A model generated the notes under the pieces. It did not search any database. It was not told the DNA's origin and was given only the letters and a program-made list of their open reading frames with translations. Of a stretch of DNA of 64,000 bases, positions 36,601 to 50,501 are shown one piece after another (positions within the stretch are counted from its first letter, which is position 1; each line of letters begins with the position of its first letter). The DNA is from the human T2T-CHM13v2.0 reference genome, Homo sapiens, in assembly GCF_009914755.1 (NCBI RefSeq), contig NC_060938.1; one strand, 5' to 3'. Position numbers and translations under genes: made by a program.

Positions 36601-37717
36601 CTCAAGGCTGAAGAGCTTGGCTGGACAAGGGCTGCCCAGCTTATAGCAAAGACATTGGTGAGCAGAGGTAAGCTCGCTTTTTGTTTGGGGATGTTCCATA
36701 TGCTCGATTCCGAGAGATGGTAGGTACTCTGAGGGCGAGTTTCTGGGGTCGGCAGGTCAAGGGTTACTTCTGAGTTTGCTTTCCTTGAAGCGGGCTTAGA
36801 AAAGGCTTCTCAGAAGAAGTGAGTCATAGGGATGATTTTAAGAAAGTGAAATTGCTGATTAATAGGGTGGCATGAAACTTCCAAAGCTGACCTCCATAAA
36901 AATTTAACTAGTAAAAATGGAGTAGTTTTACATCCCCCTATATTAATTGAGGGCTTCTTTGGCATAGAAATCTACATCCATTGATAACCCCAAATGCACC
37001 TTTGATTTCAGAATGCATTTATATATATTATTTGGCAGCAGATTTACTTCCTAATCATGTTTATAGCTTAAATTAATATGGAAATTAACCATGAAACCCC
37101 AGACCATTTCAAAGCACTGGATTTTACAGACCTCAAGCTACTTTAAAATAGATGTTGAAAATGTGAACTGCATTAAAAAAAGCTGATAGTATTAATTTAA
37201 TTTAATCTCCATTAAAAATATCAGGAATGATTTATTGAGTTTTTAAAAGAAAAAAAAGCATAGGCTCTGTTATGGGCAGGTGCCACTTATAGATACAGGT
37301 TATTTGAATAAAAAATAATGCTTTTGTCAGATGCTAGCTTACTGCTGGATCCCAACTGGGAATAAAGTTCTGTGGGTTTCACTTTAATGATAATCTCTAT
37401 GAACACATGTCTTTATGCAGAAACATTTCATATCTTTAGCAAGATAGTTCTACCTACCAGGTTTTCTCACATTCCAGATTTAGGCATGTGGGGAAGCCCC
37501 ACATAATAAGCTTCAAACCATTTTTACTATGGATATGAATTTGTTCACTCACAAATAATTGCTGAACAGCCACTCTGTGCCATGCACTGTGTTACGTGTT
37601 TAATGAAAATAGTGGGTTAAGACAGCAGACAGTCCCTGCCTTTGTGGAGTTAGTAACCTAGTGAGTGAGGGAGACACAAAATAAATGACTGCAAGTGGAT
37701 ATATAGTAATCACTTGA

Positions 37718-38304
<587 letters not shown>

Positions 38305-39334
38305 AATCACTTGGGATAACTACTTGAGAGAGAATATGGGAGGGGACATTTAAGGGTTTGTGAGGGGTCTGGGGAGGCCTCTCCAAGGAACTGACATTGA
38401 GCCTGAGATACAAAGAAAGGTGAGGACTTTACCTATTCATTTTTACACAAAGGCAATGCACACGCACCCCCATGTCACTTTACATATGTCTATCACTTTG
38501 TGCAAACAGCACACAGTTTGCAAGAATCTTTATCATACCATGTGGCTTGCTCAGGTTAGGGGGTTGAGTGTAGCGACTTTTGGCACTTACCTTTGTATAC
38601 CCTCTCCCCAACATCCCTCCCACCCCCTGAACTGGTAGATGAGGAAGCCACAGAAAGGCTGTCCCCTGGTCCTGGTCACACACCTGGTTAAGTAGCACAG
38701 CTGGGATCTGAAGGTCTCTGCCTCAATGCTTGTGTTTTTTTCTCCTATCCTACACTACAAGGCCTCTTAGAAAAGAGCTCTCCTCCCCCCAATCCTAGCA
38801 ACCGCACTTACATTCCAAGGGCTTCATCGAGTGCTTCTCTGTAGGCAGCTGGAATTTCAGCTGCCTTCTTCAGTTTAGGCCAAAACAAATAGGTCTTTCT
38901 CTTTCCCGGAGGGATGCGCTGGACCAGAAGACCTGAGTTAGCTTTTTCACCCTTTGGGGCTGCCTCTGTGGTGTGTGGTCCTGACAGATGGGCAGCTTAA
39001 ACGGAACAACTGTAACCAAAGCCCGGGAGTTCCTGTGGTTTCTTTAGTCTCTTTCTTCTCAGCTAGAAGCCTGCAGAGATAACTCTATCGATTCTATCCC
39101 CAGGTGGGGATGGGTGACAAAGCTGGAAGCTGAGGATAACTGGATTTGCTGGGGGCAGAGAGCAGGTCTGGGGAGTGCCAGGTGTTACCTGTAGGGCTGC
39201 CACACCTTGGTGGTGGTGGTGGTGGGGGGGGAGACAGGGTGTCCTGTGGCATTCTAAATGAATGGGTGGCATTCTAAACCCCAGGGAAGAGCAGTTTCCA
39301 GCCTTTATTCAGTTTTTCTTTTTAACTGACATTA

Positions 39335-39880
39335 AAAAAAAATTCAGGTATAATTATATACAGTCAAATGCACAGATCTTAAGTTCAGCACAATGGATTG
39401 TAGCAATGTATACATCTATGAAATTGCCACCTAAAAAGACATGGGACATTTTCATACCTCCAGAAAGTTCTTTTGGTTCCCCTTTCTAATCATTCCCCTG
39501 CCCCCACTGCACTGAGACAATGCTCACCGTGTTCTGACTTCTAACATCCTAGGTTAGCTTTGTCTGGTCTTAGACTTTACGTAAATGGAATCATACACTA
39601 CTTATGTTTTGGGTCTGGCTTCTATCACTCACCTAATGTTTATGGGAGTCATCCAATTTGTTGCATGTGTCCAGTAGTTTGTTCCTTTTTATTGTTGAAT
39701 GGAATTCCATGGTATGGATATACCACCATTTCCTTACCCAGTTTTAGTTGGTGAACATTTGGGTAGTTTCTGGTTTGGGGCTGCTATGAACATTTGTATC
39801 GGAGTCTTTCATAGACATGTGTTTTCCATTTATCTTGGGAAATACCTAGGAGTGGAATTGTTGGGTCATAGAGAAGTTGT
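39335..39880 (-). mobile_element. L1ME/MD 3' fragment
   Basis: ATGCACAGATCTTAAG..GTAAATGGAATCATACA..AAATACCTAGGAGTGGAATTGTTGGGTCATA. Confidence 0.85.
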
Positions 39881-40944
39881 GTTTTATGTGCCTTTATTCT
39901 AGCTTGTATCAGAAAGAGGAGCAGCAGAAAGATGGAGCCTCATCTGCGCGTGGCTTTGCTATCTTACATGATAAGCCTCAGTGGCATCCAGTGGTGTCTG
40001 ATGGGCTGATTTGGAGTCATATTCCTGCCCACTTTTGGAATGAGCGGGAAGGGTCAAAAACGGACTCTTTAACTTCCTTAATGATGACCAAGTGCTCCCT
40101 TTCCCTAAGATGTCACCCCATGGGGGAATTCCCCATGATGGTGGGCGGACACTCTCTACCCCCAAGAAGGCATCAGTGGGATTTCCCATATTGGGATGGT
40201 AACAGGAAGGGGATTATATGCTGGAGAGTCAACAAAGTGACAATCCCACTACTTAGGGTCAGTTTTGAGGAATGAAAGATGTCTAACTTCTTGACAGGAG
40301 ACCTCATCACTTCGTAAACCTAGCCTCAAAAATGCAGGAGCCTATTAAGCCAAGTCTTCTCTCAAGGTGATGGAGGGACAAAGACTCTCAGAGCACGGCA
40401 CAATGCCTCAGCCTCTTCCACTTTGATATTTGGAAAAATAGCCATTCACTGTTATTTTTTAAAAATGCAGAATCACCCGAAGGGATACCATTTGAGTTCT
40501 GGGAGAGCTGCCTGCCGACTTCACAAAGACGTATTCCTCTCATTAATGACTGTTAGTGTAGCATCATGCAATGCTCCTGAGAAACTGCAGAAATAGTAAT
40601 GACCATGTGATGGCCAAGGCTGATTGGAAGATGCTCCTGGGGAGAGATGAAGTTTGGATTTACAGCATCAGCATGAAGGAGTTGCAAGCATTGGTGTTGT
40701 AAACCGCACTGGCACCTGACACTAAATGTGGGAAAGGGATGGGGTTCCAGAAATAAAGCAAAAATACCAGGCAATGGATGCACAGTGACTGAGTTTTGGG
40801 AGAGGCATAAATGCCAAGGAGAATGGGTTGTAGGTTCTATGTTGGGGTGAGGCTACGGTGGGGTGGAAGTATGAGTGTTGAGTGAGTGAGTATCATTGTC
40901 TCAGATCCTGGAGAAAGGTCAGCCTTGCATGGCATGGAAGGGCA

Positions 40945-41160
40945 GGTGTTCATACAGTTGGGCATTATGCCTGGCACATCACCTATGTCAACCCATTTAA
41001 CCTTCACAACAACTGGGTATAGTAGGTATTATTGTTCCCATTACGCATATGAAGAAACTGAGGTTCAGAGAGGCCCTGTAATTGCATTGTGGTCTGATTC
41101 AGATCTGGGGTTTATAGCTAGAAGTTCTAAAGGAAGCCTTAAAACACTGCCGCACCTTTT
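40945..41160 (-). mobile_element. MIR
   Basis: CATTTAACCTTCACAACAAC..CCCATTACGCATATGAAGAAACTGAGGTTCAGAGAGG. Confidence 0.82.
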
Positions 41161-42593
41161 AGATCTGGATTCGTAGGAAGGGAAGGTTATTCTAAAATGC
41201 AGTGGCAGACAGAGGGCAACAGACTGTCATCACCTCTGCATCTGGATGACTCTTTATGGTCATTAGCATCTCCCAGGGCCCTCAGTGAGCAGCTTCTCAA
41301 GGCAGGTCTTCCCTGATGGCAAGAGGTGGCATGAAACCTCCTCTGCCACATGCTGGCTGCTCCCGTACAGGTGGTCCGGCTGCTGCTGGCTAAGGACAGG
41401 CAGAGGAGGGAGGATGGAGGAAAGGTGAGGGCTGGTAGGTGCTCAAGCCACCCAGGCCAAACAGTGGCAGCAGGAGCAGCAGAGAGGCCTGCATTTTGGT
41501 GGTGCCCCAGGCTGCACTGCTATTTTCACTTCAGGGGCTGTGAGCAGAGAAGATCCTTCCACCTCACTCTTCTCATTTTACATGTGCCCTGAAGAAACAT
41601 CCTACCCAGAGGCTAGAACATCTCCAACTATCTAGAAGATGGCCATAATTATTTGGTTAATAGCCACCTCCACCACTGAACTTCTGCAACTTGCCTCTGA
41701 TGAAGCTGTTCCAATAATTGTTCATTTCTTCACCCATTCTTTTGCTCCACCAGTATTTCCTAAGCAGCTGCTATGCCATGTGCCAGACGCTGTGCTGCTC
41801 CTGTAGTATGGTAGGCAGACACAGTCCCTGCCCTCAAGAAGCTTACAGTCTGGTGGAAAGACAGACAATTCTCTTCTGCAGCTCCCTCTCTGCCTCTGCC
41901 CCAGCACCCATGCTGGTCTCTCCCAGAGCTTACATCCCCCGGGTCCTCCCTGCAGGCCAGACACCACGATGCCAAATGCGGGCTGCTCATCAAAGACTCC
42001 ATTGAGAGCTGGTCGCTGTGTGGGGAAAGCAGCAGTGTTGGCTCCGAACCTGACCTGAGGAGGCATGGCTACCGTCAGTTCTGTTGTGACAGCCCTTGAC
42101 AGCAGGTGTCTGTCATCTCCCCCATTCTATCCCCTCCAACCACCCCAACGTTTTTTGCCAGCCTCAAAGTGTCACTTCCATTTGGAAGGCATAGAGGAAG
42201 CTACGTGGTGAGAGGAACCTGTCATCACTCTACTTCTTGACCAGGGTGGAGGCCAGAGGACAAGTGGCATCTGTGCTGGGACATCCTAGGAGCCTGAAGC
42301 TGCTGCTGAAAGCAGCTGGGACCCCAGGTGCCTCTGCTGCAGTCCCTCTTCTCCCTGCCTGTGCCTTTAAAGAGGGTAGTTTTCTTCCATGGACCCATCA
42401 CTGGCATTCATCTTCTCAGTGTGTCACTTGGTGGAAACGACAATATTTCCCTAGGTAGGGGTAGAGTGAGGAGTGGAAGGGAATGTCCTGGCTAAGGGTT
42501 TGAGCTGCTGGAGACTGACCTTAAGGGATGAGGAAGGGAGTGAACAAAAGGTAGTGAGTTGAGGCTTTGGGGTCAGACCAGGGCTGAAATTCT

Positions 42594-43532
42594 AACTATG
42601 ACCCAGCAATTCACTGCTGGGTGTATACCGAAGAGAAATGAAAACTTCTGTCCACACAAAGACATGTATGCAAATGTTCATGGCAGCGTTATTCATAATA
42701 GCCAAAAAGTGGAAATAACCCAAATGTCCATCAACTAATGAATGCATAAATACAATGTCGCATGTCCATACAATGGACTACTATGTACCCATAAACAGGA
42801 ATGAAGTGCGGATACCTGCTACAGCATGGATGAACTTCAAAACTTTATGAACTAAGTGAAAGGAGTCAGATGCAAACCACGCAGATACATGTTGTATGCT
42901 TCCATTTATATGAAATATCCAAAAAGGCAAATCTATAGATACATGTATTAGTCCATTCTTAAATTGCTATAAAGAAATATCCGAGACTGTGTAATTTATA
43001 AAGAAAAGAGGTTTAACTGGCTCACAGCTCTGCAGGCTGTATAGGAAGTGTAGTGACTTCTGGGGAGGCCTCAGGAAATTTTCAGTCATGGTGGAAGGTG
43101 AAGGGGAAGCAGGAGGAAGAGACAGAGAAGGGGCAGGTGCCACACACTTTTAAATGACCAGATCTCATGACAACTCACTCACTATCAAGAGAACAGCACC
43201 CAAGGGAAATTCACCCCCGTGATCCAATCACCTCCCACCAGACCCCACTTCCAATGTTGGGGATTACAATTCGACATGAGATTTGGACAGGACACAGATC
43301 CAAACCATATCAATACAGAAAGTAGATTAGTGGCTGCCTGCGGCTAGAGAAGGAGGACAAGGAGAGACTACAAATAGACAAAAGATCTTTTTAAGATGAT
43401 GGGAATGTTCTAGAACTAGATGGTGGCAAGGGTTGCACAGCTTTGTAAACTCACTAAAAATCATTGGAATACACTTACAATGGCTACATTTTATGATGTG
43501 TAAATTATACCTCAATAAAGCTATTTAAAAAA
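42594..43532 (+). mobile_element. L1MB 3' end inserted in a MIR and itself interrupted by MSTA
   Basis: ATGACCCAGCAATTC..CCAAATGTCCATCAAC..AAATCTATAGA|TACAGAAAGTAGATTAGTGGCTGCC..ATACCTCAATAAAGC; MIR halves at ~42550-42593 and ~43535-43705. Confidence 0.88.
42944..43312 (-). mobile_element. MSTA solo LTR
   Basis: TGTATTAGTCCATTC..AAAGAAAAGAGGTTTAA..CAAACCATATCA; TSD ATACA. Confidence 0.94.
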
Positions 43533-43644
43533 TCTCCATTATACCACTTCCTAGCTTTGGGAAATTACTTAACTATTGAGTCTGTTTCTTCATCTATAAA
43601 ATGGGGAGGATGATACCTACTTCACAGGCTCACTGTGAGAATTA

Positions 43645-44247
<603 letters not shown>

Positions 44248-44333
44248 TCAAGCATCTTAGCTACCAGGAAAATTACAGGGTTTGAGGGTTTTTGAGATGT
44301 TAACTTCACTCCTTGTACCAGGTGCATGGTTTT

Positions 44334-44635
44334 ATTCTGTTGTTTGTTGTTTTGAGACAGTCTTGCTCTGTTGCGCAGGGGGGAGTACAGTGGCACAATC
44401 TTGGCTCACTGCAACCTCCACCTACTGGATTCAAGTGATTCTCGTGCCTCAGCCTCCCAAGTAGCTGGGACTACAGGCACGCACCACCATGCCGGGCTAA
44501 TTTTTGTATTTTTTAATAGAGATGGGGGTCTCACTATGTTGCTCAGGCTGGTCTCAAACTCCGAAGCTCAAGCCATCCTTCCGCCTTGGCCTCCCAAAGT
44601 GCTGAGATTACAGGCGTGAGCCACCACGCCCGGCC
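44334..44635 (-). mobile_element. AluJ
   Basis: Antisense dimer; TSD CAGGTGCATG(G/T)TTTT at 44319-44333 and 44636-44650. Confidence 0.94.
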
Positions 44636-45149
44636 CAGGTGCATGTTTTTAATGGTCTGCCTCCACAATACATTTCCTGAATGTTCTCTCTGAATGCCAA
44701 GGAGTCTGGTTAAAACAAACAAACAAACAAAACCTCCCGCCAGCCAGAGGCATAATGGAGACGTGGGGCTTCTACAGATATTCATAGCCAAGAGGAGTTG
44801 AATTATGCTGGAGAGGGAAAACATAGGGGCCACGTGGTGCCCAGTGCCCCTACTTTCTTTCTTCTTATTCCAGCTCTTCATTTTTATTCCCCAATCCTGA
44901 AATGTAGTTGGGATTTACCATGAGCCAGCGGGGGCTGAAAGAGCCCCGTTTACCTGTAGGCCCTACGTTCCTCTGGACGAGTTTCATTTCCAGGAAACTG
45001 CTCCCCTCCTGGAGACAACAGGGTTTTCAGCAGCCCCAGGTCCGCGTCCATTCAGCCTAACAACCCCAGGGGAAACGTAAATGGTAGCAGTTGGCTGTCT
45101 TTACAAATAGTTTCAACAAAATCCCCAGGGTTCATTCTCTTTAAGTTCC

Positions 45150-45290
45150 TGAGACCTCACGCTCCTCCTGCGCGGATCGTTGTGGCCCGGAGAACACAGC
45201 AAGCTGATTGGCCAGAGCTGGTCACGTGCCCCGGCGGGCGGGGGAGGGGGCATGTCGGGGAGCCGGGGCCGGGGGCGGTCAGCCCCACTC
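45150..45290. promoter_or_regulatory. Candidate promoter: CpG-rich patch with CCAAT, E-box and GC boxes
   Basis: GCTGATTGGCC (ATTGG 45207-45211), GTCACGTG 45221-45228, GGGCGGGG 45236-45243, GGGGCGG 45272-45278; CpG retained in non-repeat DNA. Confidence 0.6.
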
Positions 45291-45884
45291 TACCAACATT
45301 GATAGAAAGAAAAGAGGAGGTCTTCAAGGAAAATTAGAGCTTCTTACCAGAGGAAAGAGAATAACTGTCTGGCAGATAAATCCCAGATGTCCACTCTAAC
45401 CGTCCACCTTGGAACCTCCACCTTCCTGTGCTCGTCTTAGAGGAATTCTAGAACTGTCGTTGGAGGAACACCGCTGTTTTCTAGAGGTCCCACAGCCGTC
45501 CTTCTGTTCATGCGGAGTACGGGCCAGCAGCTTCATTTTCCTAAGAGCATGTTAATTCCGTTTCTCATCTGGCTCATTTTCAAAGCCATGTTTCCACACT
45601 TAATGAAAACACAGTATCTGTATTACAAATGCTTGCTAAGGAATATAACCCCAAAGACTTAACTGGCCAACTCATAAGAATTTTGATTTCAAAAAGTAAT
45701 TCACATGGAGGACTGTATGGAGCGTTTACACCCGGATAGTTCCTCTGGATATTCCAGCGTGCACCCGAGGCCATGCTGGAACCACCGAAAGCTGTGTACT
45801 CTCACTATACTGCTTTGCTCCCCTAGACAACTATTCTGGGAATATGCCCTTGGCTTTTATGGAGATACGCTATAAAAAGCAGTT

Positions 45885-46300
45885 GTATTCGTTAGAATAT
45901 TCCAGACCATGATGAGACAACAAGTAAACCTTCAATCTCAGGGGTTAAACACAGTTGGCTTAAACACAGAGGTTTAAGTGAAACGCAGGGGTTAAACACC
46001 GGTTGACTTCGTGTTCACCTCACAGTGCAAGGTGAGTCGGTGGGGGGGTCTCCTCCAGAAGAGACCCAGAGATCCAGGCTGCTCCCTGCTGGCACACAGC
46101 TGTCCCTGAGTGTTTTTCTTTCATTCCTGAGGATGAGAGGGATTTGAGGGCAAATGCGCAGAATTCCCTGGTACACTCCATTCACGGGAATTCAGCGACA
46201 TGATCCCAACCTGTCCATAAGGGAGTCTGAGAAGTGTGTTCTCCCGAGTGCCTAACAAGAGAGAACAGGATGGCGGACCCACAGTGCTGGCTCTGCCACA
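45885..46300 (-). mobile_element. Old MLT1 (I/J-like) LTR
   Basis: TGTATT start; AATCTCAGGGGTTAAACACA; GACCCAGAGATCCAGGCTG; ends CTCTGCCACA. Confidence 0.6.
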
Positions 46301-46717
46301 TTGGTTGTAGGAAATACACAAGCATGTTTATTATCTGAAGGCTGCTGAGATGCAGAATCAACTATGGCAAATTGAAATACACGCATTTATTGTCATCCCT
46401 TCCCCAAACCAGCTAAAGTATGATAAATGGATTTTAAAAGGCACGGGCCCATAAGGATAAAGAAAATGAAAGAAGACGATAGCAATTAAATATTAGAAAT
46501 GAAAAGGAGATGATAGCAATTAAATATTGGAAGTTGGAAACCAAATGAACAAGAGTTGCTGACCTGGCTAACCAAGGAAAGCTAAAGCTGAAGTCAGGAG
46601 TGGGGCGGAGGTAGGGGTGTGAGGGAGTGAGAGCGGAACCCCAAAGCAGGTTACAGGAAGTTCTGGGACCCCAGCAAGGCTGAGGTATTAGAGGCACCGG
46701 GTCCCTTGAAAATGAGA

Positions 46718-47041
46718 GGATAGGCGCGGTGGCTCACGCCTGTAATCCCAGCACTTTGGGAGGCTGAGGTGGGCGGATCATTTCAGCCCAGGAGTTTGAG
46801 ACCAGCCTGGGCAACATGGCAAAACTCCATCTCTACAAAAATACAAAAATTAGCTGGGTGTGGAGGCACATGCCTGTAGTCCCAACTGCTCAGGGAGCTG
46901 AGGTAGAAGGATCACTTGTGCCTGGAAAGCGTAAGTTGCAGTGAGCCGAGATAGCGCCACTGCACTCCAGCGAGACCTTGTCTCAAAGAAGAGAAGAAGA
47001 GAAGAGAAGAAGAGAAAAGAAGCGAAGAGAAGAGAAGAGAA
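46718..47041 (+). mobile_element. AluJ with (AGAAG)n tail and 3' microdeletion
   Basis: Dimer; CTCCAGC joined directly to GAGACC; tail at 46985-47041. Confidence 0.93.
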
Positions 47042-47689
47042 ACAGGCTAGATGGGACTAAAATAAAAAGGACAGGTTTAAATTCAGAAAAGTAGCTGTTA
47101 GAAGCCCTATACCCTCCTTCCTCCCTCTCCACAATGCGGGCTACTGATTTCCCCTCCTCTACCACAGAGAAAGGAAAGAGATTTATTTTCTGGAGAAATT
47201 GAGCCAGAAAGGCTCTGGACTCTCAATTCTAGACATGGCTGAAGGCAGGGATTCCATATTGAAAATAGGAGCATTAAGTGAGTTTCTACACTGAAAATCA
47301 GTTCCTTTATTCCTTTCCCCACTTGGCTTCTGGAGCTTCAACAGTTGGATTTACGTAAGTCAAGTTGGAGAACGAAGACTCCTCCCTGAGGAAACCAGTG
47401 AAACCAAGAGAAAAGACCTACAAGACCTTGGGACTTGCCTTATCCATGGTGCCCACTTGATGAGACCTCGGGAGAAATTTCTGACTTTAATTGGGCTTCT
47501 GTGGAACAGCTGAGCAACGCTTAGGAACATTGTGAATCTTGTAAGGAAGGGAATTTCCTTCTTTGCTTTGTTTCTGGAAAGCATAACTCCAAATTCTCTG
47601 CCCACCTCAAGCAGTTATATGGGAATTCACTTATGTATTTCTGGGCACTCAATGTATTCCTAACTTTCCGAAGCCACCTCATTTTAGTT

Positions 47690-47830
47690 TCACCCTGATT
47701 CCCATCCATTGATCCACCCACCCTCTTACTCACTCACTCATTCAACAAACATGAGTGGATTGAGTGTGGTGCCAGACAATAGGCTCAGTGTTGGGGACCA
47801 GGGACTAATGCTCACGGACCTTAAACACAC
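47690..47830 (-). mobile_element. L2 3' end
   Basis: CACTCACTCATTCAACAAACAT..GTGCCAGACA..GTGTTGGGGAC. Confidence 0.7.
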
Positions 47831-49496
47831 TGCCATTGTAGGCAATAGAAATGGTATGCAATTTGAGAAATTGCAATTTCTTTGAGAAATCCATTTTGGA
47901 AGTATGTGTGGGTGACGATTGTTATAAATAGCTACATATACAAAGACTGGAGCTGATCTAATATACCCAGAGCAGAGAACAGAGGCACTGAAATATTTTC
48001 TGCAGCAGCAAAGCAGGAGGGACTTAGGTTAATGGGTGCGTGCTAGGATCTCCAAACCAGTGGCAAAACCCGTGTTGTCTATTGCATCTGCCACCATGGG
48101 TGGGTAGGCATGGAGGGGGGACTGGGTGGGGGAGGATCCTGGGAAAGGGTGCCTTCTCATGGAGGAACCTCAGCCCTCAAGGAATTGAAATAAGAGAGAG
48201 ACAAAGAAATGAGCTCCTACTCTTGTCACTCAGATGTCGCTCTAAAGCATCTTTACTCTGGATTTATGTTCCTCGGTGCCTGTATAACCCTGCAAGGCCA
48301 CGGCATTACAGAAAATCGCCAGCAGTTTCAGAAACACCAGTGTGAGTCCAGTTACTGCTTCTCTCTGATCTTTAGTATATGTGCTGCTGAAGTGAGCCCA
48401 TCTCTGATCTTTAAAATGATCTCAGATCTCTAATATGAAGGGGGGTCTCAATGCCTAGACCTGCCCACCATCACCCCTCACTGGCTGGGAAAGGCTGGGG
48501 TGTGCAGAATACAGGTGACCTGCCCCTGGGAGGTCCATGCTTCATGGTCCAGATGGGGCTGAGGATGCTTCACCCCAGGGCAATGTTAGCAGAGTGGCAG
48601 CCCATGCTTTGGCTTAGTATGGCATTCTGCATCAATGCATGTGCACGCACATGCTCACATGTGTGCACACTCTTACAGGGAAGTTAATAGAGATCTACAG
48701 CCCTCGTTACCATTTGCTTTCATAAATAAATATATTAAATTGGGAAGCCAGATTTATTTCTGGCAACAGCTTGCAGGCGACACCTCCCCCTCTTATTCAC
48801 AGTTCCTGAAGCGAGCCCAGCCTCTCCCACCCCACCCCCAGGCGTGACTTTCTCTCTTAAAATTCTATTTTTAATTTGTTGTGATGAATGAGTGACACCT
48901 CTGACAGCCGATTCGCGGAGATTAATAGAAACGACACAATATTTACGTCGGCGCTACCAACAATTATCCTGCCATCTATCTCTGAGATTATCTTCCTGAT
49001 TGAAAACTACTCATCCGTGTAATCGGAATTATTTGGAATTAGAAGGGAATTTATAGCCCCCCTAGAGCACGCTCTCTCCCCTCGAGTCTACACCTCGGTC
49101 TCCATCTTTCTCTTGTCTCTCCTCTGGGCCTCTGGCTTTCTCTTCCATCCTGGTGATGGGCAGAGAAAAATCTTTTTCTCCTGGAGGGGGCCACTGGTCA
49201 CTCAGGACAGTGGGCATCTCTTTAGGGTGGCCTGGGACTCCATGATATGGATCTAGAAGTAGTGGTTTGTGGGAAGGAGGATCTTCGTGGTGTCATAAGA
49301 ATTAGGGGTCAGCGAGGCCAGCTCCTGAGCTCAAGATAGATGAATATGATCTGAAGAAAAGGGTTTAATACAAAGGTGGAGAAGAAAGGTGACTTTGGAA
49401 AGCACTTGGTGTCAGACGGTGACAACTGTAAGAAATCTAAAGGAGCAGGATGGGATTCCAATGATGGTGTTAAGGTTGCTCTATTTCTGTTATGAC

Positions 49497-49671
49497 TGTC
49501 TTAGTTGGCTCAGGCTGCCATAACAAATACTATAGACTAGGGGGCTTAAATACATTTCTCTACAGTGCTGGAGGCTGGGAGTCGGAGATCAGAGTGCTAA
49601 CTTCGTTGGATTCTGGGGAGGGCCTCCTCCTCCTGGCTTGCACATGGCTGCTCTCTCATGTCCTCACCTGG

Positions 49672-49705
<34 letters not shown>

Positions 49706-50501
49706 CACACAGAGAGAGACAGAGAGACATACAGAGACATACAGAGAGAGAGGCAGAGGGAGAGAGGGGTAGAGAGAGGGACAGAAAGAGAGAGACAGAG
49801 AGAGAGAGGAAGAGAGAGGAAGAGAGAGAGTTAGAGACACATACACAGAGAGAGAGGGAGTGAGACAGAGAGAAAGAGAGAGAGTCAGAGACACATAGGG
49901 AGAGAGAGGGAGTGAAACAGAGAGAGAGAAAGAGAGAGAGGGAGAGAGACAGACAGAGAGAAATAGAGACAGAGAGACACAGAGAGACAGAGACACAGAG
50001 AGACATATAGAGAGACATACAGAGAGACAGAGAGACACACAGAAAGAGGCAGAGAGAGGGGGGAGGGGAGAGAGAGAGGGGGACAGAGAGAGGAAGAGAG
50101 AGAGAGACAGAGAAAGAGATAGGGAGTGAGACAGAGAGAAAGAGAGAGAGAGGGAGAGAGAGATAGAGAGAGGGAGTGGACAGAGAGAGAAACAGAAAGG
50201 CAGAGAGAGAGGGAGAGAGAGATAAGGGAGGGAAAGAGACAGAGAGAGTAAGAGAAAGAGACAGACAGAGAGGGAGACAGAGAGAGAGGGAGTGAGACAG
50301 AGAGGAAGAGAGAGAGAAGGGACACACACCCACACACATGCACACACAGAGAGAGTGTGCTCTTGTATCTCTTCTTCTAAGGGCACTAATCCCATCAGGA
50401 AGGCTCTACCCTCATGAAGACACCATCTCCAAATATCATCCTTCTGGGGCTTAGGGTTCCAACACAAGAATTCTGGGGGGACAAACATGTAGTCTATCGC
50501 A
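49497..50501 (-). mobile_element. MLT1A-like LTR split by an expanded GA array
   Basis: TGTCTTAGTT..GCTGCCATAACAAATAC..GGAGGCTGGGAGTC | TCTTCTAAGGGCACTAATCCCATC..GAATTCTGGGGGGACA. Confidence 0.88.
49671..50355. repeat. ~680-bp degenerate (GA)n / (GACA) array
   Basis: Direct reading. Confidence 0.95.

Noticed and set aside
39383-39402. REST/RE1-like TTCAGCACAATGGA
   Set aside because: Right half-site is poor and it lies in L1 sequence.
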